NCBI RefSeq assembly: GCF_036321535.1
Contig: NC_087436.1
Span: forward strand, 102,054,001 to 102,118,000
Source of the DNA: Camelus dromedarius
Lineage: Eukaryota
DNA length: 64,000 bases
Reading direction: 5' to 3'
Positions within the stretch are counted from its first letter, which is position 1. Every line of letters starts with the position of its first letter. The translations under genes were made by a program, and so were the position numbers. Below, in pieces: positions 38,540-50,617 of this stretch. The notes beneath the pieces are model-generated. The model saw nothing but the letters and a program-made list of their open reading frames with translations. It was not told the DNA's origin and ran no database searches.

Positions 38540-40100
38540 GATATTTTTAATATCAGCAAGCTCTATTTTAGTTAAGATTGTTTACCAGCTGATGACATAT
38601 GTCTATTTTCAAAAGTTGATGCATTGATATGAAGGAGGGACACCGTATTTAATTCATTGTCATAAGTTGTTAAAATTTCTTCCATGTTTCTTCACTGAAA
38701 CATTCCAAGTTCCTGTTTTTGACTTTCTGTACTGATCTGTCTTTTTTTTTTTTACTGTGATATATCATTCTTACAAAAGGATGTATGGAATTAATATAAA
38801 AATGTTTAAGACTAAAGTAGTTTATTCATTTACATAGGTATTTTAGTGTGTTTTAATAACCATTTTTCATAAAATTATAATATATATATTTAGTTAGATT
38901 TATTCCTGATACTTTATCTATTTTGTTGCTATCATAATTGTAAATGCCTTTAAAGTATATATTTCCTAATGGATTGTTGCTAGTGTATAGAAATAAATGA
39001 ATTTTTATACACTTAATTCATACATCAGTATTGCTAAATTTTCTTATCAATTATAATTAATTTGTGTATGTATACTATTAAATCACCTAGAAGTAAAGAA
39101 AGTTTTCTGTCTTTCCTTCTCTCCATTACTTTTATTTCTTTTCTGGCCTTACAACGATAGACAGTGACTTCCATACAAGTAGAGGTAGTGGATATCTTTT
39201 GTTTTTCTCTTCATACTAAAAGTACATTTCCAGAATAACAGCATTAGGATTCACCTATTTTTATCTGGAAATATAAGTGTTTTTTGTTTATTTTCATTTT
39301 TTTATTCATGAATGGGTAGGAATTTTAAAATTTTTTCAGAGGACATCTTCTGAGATGATTATGCAATTTTTACCCTCATTAAGTTGGTTAATTTCAATGA
39401 TCTATTTTCTAGTGTAAAGCCAACATTTTGTTCCTTGTATAAAACAATTTGTTTTTTGGGAGAATATTTTTTAAAATAATTTTTGGGTCATATTGTATTT
39501 TGTATCTCTTTTCATCTTATATTCAAAGTAGTTATATTTGCAATAAAAAAATATGATCAGTTCAAACCCAGTCTTAACACATGACCAAGGTAGCTTTTGG
39601 TAAATATTTGCTTTTCATATATATTTATGTGTAAATTCCAATTATTGGGTGCAATATTCTATATTCTATATGTGTTCATTTGTTCAAGACTGTTTCATAC
39701 ACCTTTCAAATCATGTGTATCCCTATTGATTTTGATCTGCTTGTTCAATTAATTATCTAGAGAAATGTACTAAGAAACTCCCACAACAGTAATGCCTTGT
39801 CAGTTTCCCTTTGAAGTTCTATTTTACCTCATCTGTCTTGAGGCTATGATAAGTGAACACAAGCGTAGATTTTTATAGTCCCTGGTGAATTAAACTTGTT
39901 ATCAGTATGAAGTCAACCTGCTTATTTCTAAAAATGCTTTTGCCTACAAGGTCTACTTTGACTATTGTAGATACATGACCTCTTTTTGGGTATTTGCCTG
40001 TTATATGTTTTTCCATTTATTGTTCTCCCAATTTTCCATGTCTTTACCTTTTAAAGGTATCTTCTGGATAAAGAATATAGGTTGAAGTTATTTTAAAAAA
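38540..40100 (-). mobile_element. Old degenerate L1
   Basis: ttagttagatttattcctgatactttat; ttgttgctagtgtatagaaat; ccctggtgaattaaacttgttatcagtatgaag. Confidence 0.7.
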
Positions 40101-40343
40101 TCGAAGTTGGACTTGGGTCAGTCATATCACATGTGCAGTAGTGGCCCAGGCTGTAGGTCGTGTCTTGGTAGGAGGGAAGACTGGCCAAGAGCAGGGGGAG
40201 CCCCTGGTGGCAGAAACCAGGTGATTTCCAAGAGATGAGGAATGGAGTTTCCAAGTTTTGCCTCTCTGAGCTAATAATCAGGTGCTGCTGGGCAGAGGGG
40301 AGGTGGATGACAAGAAGGACTTCTGGATGAGAGTGCTGTGCAG

Positions 40344-40542
40344 GAACTAACTACTATGTATAAAGAAGATAAGCAACAAGGTCCTGCTGTATAGCACAGG
40401 GAACTATATTCAATCTTGTAGTAACCTATAATGAAATAGAGTATGAAAAAATACATATACATGTATATAACTGTATCACTATGCTATACAACAGAGACTA
40501 ACACAATATTGTAAATCGACTATACTTCAATTTAAAAAAAAA
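40344..40542 (+). mobile_element. Short L1 3' end with poly-A
   Basis: actaactactatgtataaagaagataagcaacaaggtcctgctgtatagcacagggaactatattcaa...ctatacttcaatttaaaaaaaaa. Confidence 0.93.
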
Positions 40543-41279
40543 GTGATGGTTTTGATTAAAATGAGAAAATTGTACAGACACAAATATTCATGGACTGTTA
40601 AAGAACTTTCTGATTTTTCCAAACATTGACTTTCACTTTGGAAGGTAACTCATCACCTATAGACCTTGGCCAGTTGTGACTTGAGATTCTTCAGTCTGGC
40701 CTCACCTTCCACTGCTGTTGACTCAGTGCATCTTCAAAAAACAAGCTGAGTCTGAGATGCCATACTTCCAAATTCCTGTCTATACTAATGTGCAGTTGAA
40801 AAGGCAGGCCTTTCATAAACTTCCTGTTTTCTTTAACCCCTCCAGTTTAGTTCAAAGCATGTTCAACTACTTCAACAGATGTGGCTTGTGTATTTTCTTC
40901 TTTTGTTTCATTTACATTTTCACTGATTGCTCAATAAGTTAGAGAGATAATTATTTCCAGGGAGAGATTACAGAATCCAAATTCACTGAGACTACCTAGC
41001 AGAAAAAATCTCCCTCAAGAAGATAATTACCTCAAAAGCTATGTGTAAAAGTAAATTAGGAAGCTCTTTCTTTTGCCTGGGGATTCAAAGTGGTCAAATG
41101 CTTGGAGCAAAAAAGCCCTTGGACATTCTTGATTAGGGCACAATTAGATTATATTCAGTTGTGCTAAATAAGATACTTACTACTAGGGCAACAGAAATTG
41201 GAAAGATGTATTCCATGTCTTTAAATCTTATACAACAGTTCACTGTCATAAGATTAAAAATGAATAGTTTATTAAAAAC

Positions 41280-41641
41280 TATCGTGGACTGAATTGTGTA
41301 CTTCCCAAATCCATGTTAAAGCATTAACTCCCAGTATGACTGTATTTGGAAATAGGGTCTTTCAAAGACATAATTCAGATTAAATGAGGTCATAAGGGTG
41401 GGACCCTAATCCAATATGACTGGTGTCCTTCCAAGAAGAAGAGGCATCAGGATGCACAAGAACACAAGACAGACCTCGTGAGGGCCCAGGGAGAAGGCGG
41501 CCATCTGCAAGCCAAGGAGAGAGGCCTCAGGAGAAACAAAATCTACTGCCACTTTAATCTCATACTTCTAGTTTCCATAACTGTGGGGAAAAAATCACTG
41601 TGGTTTAAGCCCCCAGGCAACAACCCTTGCAAATGAATACA
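41280..41641 (+). mobile_element. MLT1B-like solo LTR
   Basis: ggactgaattgtgt...taaatgaggtcataagggtgggaccctaatccaatatgactggtgtcctt...gccatctgcaagccaaggagagaggcctcag. Confidence 0.9.
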
Positions 41642-42118
41642 TTGAAACCACTAATATATTCAAGTCACTAATTAAAGAAAAAAAAAGTACTGCTATTATT
41701 ATCTTTGGGTGTCCCTGGTATGTCTTTTAGAAAAAAATGAGTCTGACAGCCCCATATTGTGCAGTGGCTTGCATACATGTGCATCGTTTTGATATTGCCG
41801 TTCATCTATAAATGAATACGAAACCTACCTGAACTTGTGTCATGTTGTCTTTAATACTAAATCAGGTCTTTGTGAAGATTTCCAGAGACTTTGCAGATAT
41901 TGATGAGATTAATTCCCAAGAGGATGTTTCTCTTGGTGTTCAAAGAAACTTAAGACTAAAGTTATGCATGTAGCCAGACAACAGTGCACAAATATAGATA
42001 GTTCAAATCTTCTCAGTAAATCTTGTTCAGTGGCCAATGAGGCAAGGAAAGAAAGAAGAAAGGGAATGTTACTGCTCTAACATTAGAAAACTCCTCTGAT
42101 GGAGAAAGACTCTCTGAC

Positions 42119-42177
42119 CAAAAAAAAAAAAAAAAAAAAACAGAGAGAGAGAGACAGAGAGACAGAGAGAAAGAAAA
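42119..42177. repeat. Poly-A followed by (GA/GACA)n
   Basis: Directly visible. Confidence 0.9.
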
Positions 42178-42929
42178 CTTTATATTGGAAACACAAGCTT
42201 TATGTAAGGAATTCCAACCTAAAGGGATTTTGTGTACTCACCATCATCTTTAAGGATGCCTAGTGTGACTTTAGTTTATCTTGCTGCTATCCCAGGGTTA
42301 TTGTGAGACTATGAGGCACCATTCCATTATACTCCAACATCAATCAAGTCAGATTTGCCAGGTTTGGGTTTTTTTTTTTCCTTTGATCCCAACAATATTG
42401 TTGACTTATGGTTTTGAATAGTCTCACCTCACACTGAAGTGATAACAGCATGTGTGTCACAACCACCAGCCCCTATGGAAGCATTTCTCATGTTAGTTTA
42501 TCCAGCAGTAGGGTAAGGCAGGGGTCAAAGAAGAAAAGGAAGTAACATTCTTAACATACTCTCACTGGACTAAGAAGAATTCACTGGACCTTAGAAATTA
42601 GCCAAAGCTACTTTCTATTGGAGCTCTAATCCATGGAACATATTGTATTGGCAGTTACTGAAAACAAAATGTCAGATATTTTTGCTTTTAATTCTTATGC
42701 AGACCACATTTGGCATGAAATACTTTCAGCCATATCTGCATTTTCTGAAAAAATGAATCAGCTTTATTTGTTATTTGGTGGACCCTATACATTTGCTTTA
42801 ATATTTTGCTGGAATGTACCTAAATAGAATTAATTAAATATTAAGCAAGCAATGGTTTTCTAACAAGGTGTAGTTAACAATTCTAAAATTTAATTAAATT
42901 AGACATTAAAAATGGACACGATAGCTCTT

Positions 42930-43352
42930 TTGCCTCTGAAGACGAACTCTTCATCCTTCTCCTCCTGCTCTCCATATTGGAAGGTTGATCTTTGTGGAGT
43001 CCATCCAAAGATTCTTGACCACTGGTTTCTATTTGGGTCAGTCAATGAGAAACCCCAGTAGATCATAGGGTGACGAGGAGAGTGAAGGCTACATCGTTGA
43101 AAGATTACCCTGAAGAACACTCAAGGAGGCCTTCTCAACAGAAATCTTTCCTTGCACTAATTTTTCCCATACCTAGACCGTTGAACCTAGAGGTAATGGG
43201 TTTCAAAGATACTGATTTCTAGTAACTGCACTATTCCTTGAGCTCCTTTACCCTCATACATTATTTTGTAAATTCTCCAATTATAAATAAACCTTCTTCA
43301 AGTTCTTGTAAGTTGAGAAACCATCTGTGTTCTGTTTGAAACTTTACTGATA
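42930..43352 (+). mobile_element. LTR33/LTR16-like ERVL LTR
   Basis: tttgggtcagtcaatgagaaacc...cctagaggtaatgggtttc...tgcactattcctt...ccatctgtgttctgtttgaaactttactgata. Confidence 0.6.
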
Positions 43353-44264
43353 AAATTGGAAAGGTATTACATTTACATGAACTATGATTTCTGATGCATT
43401 CAATTTTACTTCTACTATTTTATTATATGCTTTCCATTGCCCAATTTCTCTTCTTTTTTGTCTTTTACTTTTACAGATTGAGGGGTCCTTCCTCCCTTTT
43501 TCACTCATTCCATTTATTCTTCTTACGTTTTCTGAAAGTTAGAAACTCTTAACCTCATATTGTTCTGATAGCCCTAGCTATTTAAACACGAATTCTTAAA
43601 GTTTAAATTTGCCAGCATTTTTTACTCACATTGTTGATAGTGAAGGTAATAATTTTATTCTGTCAGCTCTTTGAAACTTTTTTTTCAATTGTTGTCCAGT
43701 ATCTCATTCTATACCTTCCCAATTTCCCCCCAAATCTTACATTATTATCATGGTTTTGATGTGATCATTCCTTGGGTACTTCTACCGATACAGTTACCTT
43801 TATCATTTAACCTTTATCATTATGTTCATCGTTACTATTTGCATGTCAGTTCTCCCTTCTGAAATCATTTTTCACATGTTCTATTCTCTGATATTTGTAT
43901 AATTAAACAATTATAAGTTTTATTTCTAGGATTTTTTCTGGTAATTTTTCCAAAGAGCTCAATCTTTTTGTTTTGTTTTTGTCTGTTTTATTCCTTTAAG
44001 CACATTAGACTTCTGATCCTGTTTATCTCATAAGCAGACAGATTCATAATGTCCAAATTTGCATTTATTACTTGACTTTTTCTAATACTTTCTCCTCCTT
44101 TTGTATTCTCTATTATGTGGAACTGCTTCTTTATGTACATAGGTTCCTAAGCAAAATTCAGATTTTCACTCATCTTCTATATTTAATCCTCCATCCCTTA
44201 ACAAAGCTCAATCAGTTCTGAATTCTTAGTATTACTTGTGTTTGTCCAATTCTCTTCATATCTG

Positions 44265-45095
44265 GTGACAATTTTACTTCTTTCTTTCTAGTTTTGATGC
44301 CTTTTTTTTTCATTTTATTGACTAATTTCTCTGGATAGACCTTCCAATATTACGTTGAATGACAGCGGTGAGAGTGGGCATCCTATTTCCCCTAATCTTA
44401 GAGGAAAAGTTTTCACTGTTTCACTGTTGAGTATGATGATGGCAGTGGGCTTGTCATATATTGTCTTTATAATGTTGAAGTACATTTCCTCAATACACAG
44501 TTTGTTGAGAATTTTAACCATGAAGGGATGTTGAATTTTATCAAATGCTTTTTCTGCATCAGTTGAAATGATCGTATGATATTTGTCTTTCACTCTATTA
44601 ATGTGGTGTAGCACATTTAATGATTTGTGGACGCTGAACCATCCTTGCATCTCTGGAATAAATCCCATTTAATCATAATGTTTCATCATTTTAATGTATT
44701 GCTGATCTCAGTTTGCTGGTATTTTGTTGAGGATTTTTGCATCTATATTCATCAAGGATATTATTCTATAAATTTATTTTCTCATAATGTCCTTCCCTGG
44801 CTTTGGTATCAGAATAACACTGCCCTTGTAAAATGAATTTGGAAGTCTTCCCTCCTCTTTTTTTGATGATTTTGAGAAATATTGGCATTAATTATTCTTT
44901 TTTAATTATTTGGTATAATTCACCAGTATGTCCTTCTGGCAAAGGGATTATGTTTTTCAGGAGGTTTTTGATTACTGATATAATCTCTTTGTTATTGGTG
45001 TGTTCAAGTTTCCTGTTTCTTCATATTTCTGTCTTAGAAGGTTGTATGTTTCTATGCATTTATCCTTTTCATCTGGTTTATCAAATTTTTTGAGC
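44265..45095 (-). mobile_element. Older L1 ORF2 fragment (reverse-transcriptase region)
   Basis: [10 protein letters not shown]...[18 protein letters not shown]...GCPLSPL RT motifs. Confidence 0.95.
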
Positions 45096-45926
45096 TATAA
45101 CTCTGTTCTCTTGTCCACATATTTGATTAGTGAAATTGTTCTAATATGGAGAGGGTTTCATGCCACTCATCTGTGTGAACTCTTCCATACCAATTAGGAT
45201 GTTTATGAGGTATTTCATGATAGCATCATAACCAGTGCTCCAGTAATGCAGCCATATTATTTTTACCCTCAGACTCCAGGATTCATTTATAATTAATGAC
45301 TCATTCCTCTTCTGAGAATTGCAGATGGTATTCATTTTCCCTTGGACATGTTTCTCCCAACCCTACGCAAACCTGTGCACTCATTCTCATTAAGCTAATT
45401 CATATAAACCAGCAACTGCAAAATCATCTTTAATTTCAGTGATGTTGGCTATGTTAGGTGCCTTTTTTAAAACTTATCAAAACATATGTGTTTTGCCTGT
45501 AACTATACTTACCTAGGGTTTTTTTTTTTTATAATTTATTTACTGCACTGCCTTCCCTACTATATTCTGAACTCCTGAGAGCAGTAATAAAACACTATTA
45601 CTGCTATATTAAATGGGCTGGCCACTCTAAAAGACAATAAATAGTCAAACTAGTTAGTAGTGTGTATAAATTTTTTGCTGAAGAATCCAAAGATTTGTTA
45701 GAAACAATCAACCTCTAGATACAATATTTACATTTTTATGGCTAACATGTGCTATACACATAAGATTAAGTCAAAATTTAAGGTGTCTGGGTTTTCTTTC
45801 AAACACATAGTGGGGGAAATAAGAATAAGGTATACTAAATAATGCAATTTGAGTTACTGTTAGTTACCTCTTGTCAGTCCTGCTTGACCTGAGCATTTCA
45901 GCTTTTTGTGTAGAAACTGTCTTTTT

Positions 45927-48760
45927 TTAATTTTTTAATTTTTATTTTTTTTAAGATTTTTTATTGAGCAATAGTCATTTTACAATGTTGTGTCAAATTC
46001 CAGTGTAAAGCACAATTTTTCAGTTATACATGAACATACATATATTCATTGTCACATTTTTATTTTGCTATGAGCTACCATAAGATCTTGTATATATTTC
46101 CCTGTGCTATACAGTATTGTCTTGTTTTTCTACTTTACATTTTAAAATCCCAGTCTGTCCCTTCCCCTCCCCCGCCCCCTAGGCAAACACGAGTTTGTAT
46201 TCTATGTCTATGAGTCTGTTTCTGTTTTGTATTTATTTATTTATTTATTTATTTTTTAATTTTTTTTAGATTCCTCATATGAGTGATCTCATACGGTATT
46301 TTTCTTTGTCTTTCTGGCTTACTTCACTTAGAACATTCTCTAAGACATCCATGTTGCTGCAAATGGCATTATGTTGTTGGTTTTTGTGGCTGAATAGTAT
46401 TCCATTGTATAAATATACCACCTCTTCTTTATCCAGTCATCTGTTGATGGACATTTAGGCTGTTTCCATGTCTTGGCTATTGTAAATAGTGCTGCTAGGA
46501 ACACTGATGCGCAGGTGTCATCCTGAAGTAGGGTTCCTTCTGGATATATGCCCAGGAGCGGGATTCCTGGGTCATATGGTAAGTCTATACCTAGGCATTT
46601 GAGAAATCTCCATACTGTTTTCTACAGTGGCTTTCCTTGCTTCCCTCCCCCATTCTTAATGATTTAGATGTCTTCTTTTACAATTTTGTGTTTATTCTAT
46701 TTGTAATTCATGGATGGTGGTTTTCACCTTTCCAGTTATGAGTTTCTCATTTTTGTAGCATCTTGCTTCTTTTCTATTTAGAGTAGATCTGTCAACGTTT
46801 CTTTTAGCATGGGTTTAGTGTTGCTAGACTCTTTTAGTTTTTGCTTGTCTGTGAAGTTCTTTATCTCTCCTTCTATTCTAAAGGATAGCCTTGCTGGATA
46901 GAGTATCCTAGGCTGCATCTTTTTTTCATTCAGGACTTTGAATATATCTTGCCACTCCCTTCTGGCCTGTAGTGTTTGTGTAGAGAAATCAGCTGAAAGC
47001 CTTTTGGGGGTTCCCTTGCAACTCATTCTTTGTTTTTCTCTTGCTGCCTTTAGTATCATTCCTTTATCTTTGACTCTGGCCATCTTGATTATGGTATGTC
47101 TTGGTGTGGGTCTGTTTGGGTTCTTCCTGTTTGGGACTCTCTGAGCCTCCTGTACTTGGATATCTGATTCTTTTAGGTTTGGGAAGTTTTCAGTCATGAT
47201 TTCTTCCAATAGTGTTTCAATCCCCTTTGTTCTTTCTTCCCCTTCTGGAACCCTATTATGCATAGATTGGCATGCTTTATATTATCCCATAGGTCCCTTA
47301 TCTTGTTTCATTGTTTTTAATTTGTTTTTCTCTCAGCTGTTGTGATTGGGTGCTTTCTGTTGTCCTGTCTTCTAAGTCACTTATTTGTTCCTCTGCATTA
47401 TCTAGCCTGCTTTGTATAGCCTTTAGGTCAGCTCTCATCTCAGCCAATGAGTTTACTAATTCTACTTGGTTCTTCTTTATAGCTCCTATTTCATATTTGA
47501 CATATTTTATATCTCTAAACACTATTTCTTTTAGTTCCTTCAGTACTTTGATCAGTCCTTTTTTGAAATCTTGATCTAGTAGGCCATCAATGTCTATATC
47601 CTTGATCGGGTTTCAGGGGGTTTCTCCTGATCTTATAATTGGGAGTAGTTCCTCTGCTTCTTCATATTGCTCCTATCTCTCTGGCACTGTGGCCAGTGTG
47701 TGGGTGGGACACTCCCCCTCCCGATGCTGTGCTTGGGCGAGGCAGGTAGGAGGATCGTGCCCCCTCCAAGCACTATAGTCAGGTGCTGCATTCCTGCCAG
47801 GAAAGTGGGTGGCCAGCCGCCTGCCCTCTCCCAGCACTGGTCACTCTGCTGCTCTGTGCAGATGCCTGCTCCACCTCAGGCTGGCACTCTGTAGGCGGGC
47901 TCGGGGAAGACTGTGGAACAGCCCCGCCCCTGCTCTGTGCCAAATCTCAGGTCCTTGTTTGTCTTGGCAGCATGAGTTCTCTGAGGTGCCAGGGCAGAAT
48001 GATCCTATCTGCCTCAGGCTGTAGACAAGTCTCCGTCCTGCCTAGGAGGTTGTGAAGCCCCTGTGTGCAGATTCAGGTCTCGGCCCCGACCCCTCCACCC
48101 ATGCTGTGCACTGGAGGAGATGGCGGCTGTGGCTGCGCCCCGCTTCTCTTCTCCTGAGAAGCGCTAGTAAAGGTGCCGTGAGTCTGAGGAGACAAAGGCT
48201 ATGGTGCCCCTCCCCCCAGGGCACACCATCCTTGTTGCTTTGCTTTTTTCGCAATTTATGGGAGACCAAGGTTGTTCTGCCTCGTATCCCCTCCCAGCCA
48301 TGGCACGCAGCACCCTGCAGTCCCATGGGGCTGCCTCAGTGCAGCCGCCCCAGTCCTCTGCCCAGCTCAGGTGGCCTGTCTGGGCCCCCAGCTGCCGGCT
48401 TGCATCTTGTGCTGGGTGTCACGGGGACCCTTTGTGCCAGTTTAACTAAGTTCTGTTGGTCAAGGGGTGCTCATGGCAGATCTGAGCCTCAGAGGCTCCC
48501 CCTCCATCCCACTGGCCTCTCCATTGGAGAGGGGTGACCCAGCAACCGAGCGCTATTCCTCCTTTTCCGCTCTCTCCCTGCGGGACTGGTCCCACACTAT
48601 TTTGTTTTTTCTTCTTTTTTTTTTTCCTTTTCTCCTACCAGATTTTGGTGTCTTTGTCTTTCGAAGAGGGTGATGTTCTGTCAGAGTTAGGCAGATGCTC
48701 TAATTGGCTGAGTGGGTCCATAGATGTGAGTTTTGGTGTATTTGTGGGAGAGGGTGAGCT
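45927..48760 (-). mobile_element. Near-full-length L1 lacking almost all of ORF2 (5' UTR, ORF1, spacer fused to ORF2 tail, 3' UTR, poly-A)
   Basis: GC-rich 5' UTR 47670-48760; ORF1 remnant; junction near 46631; candidate TSD tagaaactgtcttttt (45911-45926) vs tagaagttgccttttt (48761-48776), 13/16 identical. Confidence 0.93.
46778..47665 (-). pseudogene. Disrupted L1 ORF1p (coiled coil, RRM, CTD)
   Basis: Start MKKQRNYSQ at 47665; SRLDNAEEQISDLEDR; VPEGEERTKG...QEAQRVP...TPRHTIIK...RLSADFSTQTLQARREW...ILYPARLSF; has stops and frameshifts. Confidence 0.92.
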
Positions 48761-50252
48761 TAGAAGTTGCCTTTTTGAATTGTTTCTCTTTAGAGTTTTG
48801 TTGAAGTAAAAAATAAAATGGTGTAATCCACTTCAGAGCATGCTGCAACTGCAATTTACAAATTGGCACATAATTTAGATTTTTTTTCTTTTCAATGCTT
48901 GCCTAGCCTTCACTTTTAAGAACAATTAGGAGATGGCTAAATGAATAATTACATTTTAGATGGGGAAAAATGTCATTTGAACAATTAAGTTTAAGGACAG
49001 GAAATGTGAACTTAACTCACAGATAACTGGTTAAAATACATCCTAGCATGTTTCCTATCATGTCCCTGTCACTTTAAGTATTCTTGAGTAGAGATAAAAT
49101 GTAATTGTTAGCAATGTAGATTGAGAAGAGATGAGTTTCTCTCTGTAAAGGCCACGAGTAAGTTTTCATCTTCTCTTTCTTAACCATAATATTAAAATCC
49201 TACAGAAAGACATCTGTTAAAGATGATATCCTGGAATTAATTACAATAACCAAAAGAACAAAAATATAAAGAGTAAAAAATTGCATCAATACTGACCCAG
49301 AGCATGAGGTCCTCCAAGTTTTATATTCTTTGACAAAAACTTTATTATATATAGTGGGGAAAGGAATAGTCTTAACATTTAAAAAAAATTACAACTTTTC
49401 TTAATAAAGAGGCACAGAAACAGAGAAAATAGCAGAGAAATAAACATACTAACATTTTACCAGTGGCACCATTTGCCCCACTGAAGTAAGTAGCCAGTTG
49501 ACAAGGGAATATAGTCAATGTATTTTGCAAATAAAAGGAAAAACATGGATTTGAAAGTAAACTGTAATGACCCCCATAGTATGTCCACACATATTTATGC
49601 ACTCAATATACTCTATAGATCAAAAACAGCACTAGTTATGTTTTCAAACATAAATGCAAGAAAACAATAAAATAGAATCTCTGCTCTTCATATATAAACA
49701 ATAACTTCCAATTATAAGAGCAAAAGAAGAAAGTATGAAGTAAAACTTGATATTTAAGTTTTGCTAAACATAAATAATGACTATAGATTGAAAGCTATAA
49801 AATTAAAAAACAAATTAATTGGAAAAAACCTTTCAAATCATATGACAGGACAAAATGTTTTTTACTTCCTATATAATACTACTAGAAAATTTTAAGAAAA
49901 GTACAATCATAACATTATGTATACTTGAATTCGGAAAACAATTTTCAAATGGGAAACAAATTCAAAACACACAAAAAAGATTCAAAATAAAATAAAGTTG
50001 ATATGACATACTTCTTTCAAATGGTATGTTTTTTAAAAACGAACATACCAAATACTGTCAATATCAAACCAGGAATAGAGTTCTCTTACGTGCCGTTGAT
50101 TTTATCAGAACTGATCACTGATCAGAGGCAGTAAATTAGAGGAGTCTAAATGAGGGCTGCCTTTCCGTGTATAAACTGTGAGAGCTTAAACAAATTATTT
50201 GATTATTCAAAATCTCACTTTCCTTATAGGTAAGAGATAGTATGAATTTACC

Positions 50253-50617
50253 TGTCTTAGTTGGTACTTTTGTAGCTATAAAATACCATAAATGAAGTGG
50301 CTTATAATTAATATAAATTTATTTCTCAGAGCTCTGGAGGCCAAGAGTCCAAGATCAAGGCACAAACAGATCTGATATATGGTGAGAGCCTGTTTCCTGG
50401 CTCATGGACAACCATGTTCTTACTGTGTCCTCACATGGCAAAAAGATCAAGAGAACTCTCTGAGATTTCTTTTGTAAGGACTCTAATCTCATTCATGAAA
50501 GTTCTGCCTCATTCCCTATTCACATCCCAAATGCCCCACTTCCAAATACAAATAAACACTAGGGATTAAGTTTTAACATGTGAATTCTGAGCAGACACAA
50601 ACATTTGGTCTATGGTA
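50253..50617 (-). mobile_element. MLT1A/B-like solo LTR inserted in a MIR
   Basis: MLT1 text with 5-bp TSD ttacc (50248-50252, 50618-50622); MIR halves at about 50120-50250 and 50620-50700. Confidence 0.88.

Noticed and set aside
47590..48869. Cluster of long GC-rich ORFs (e.g. 48052-48537, 161 aa) resembling a CpG-island gene
   Set aside because: They lie in the L1 5' UTR. High GC explains the open frames, and there is no recognisable protein similarity.
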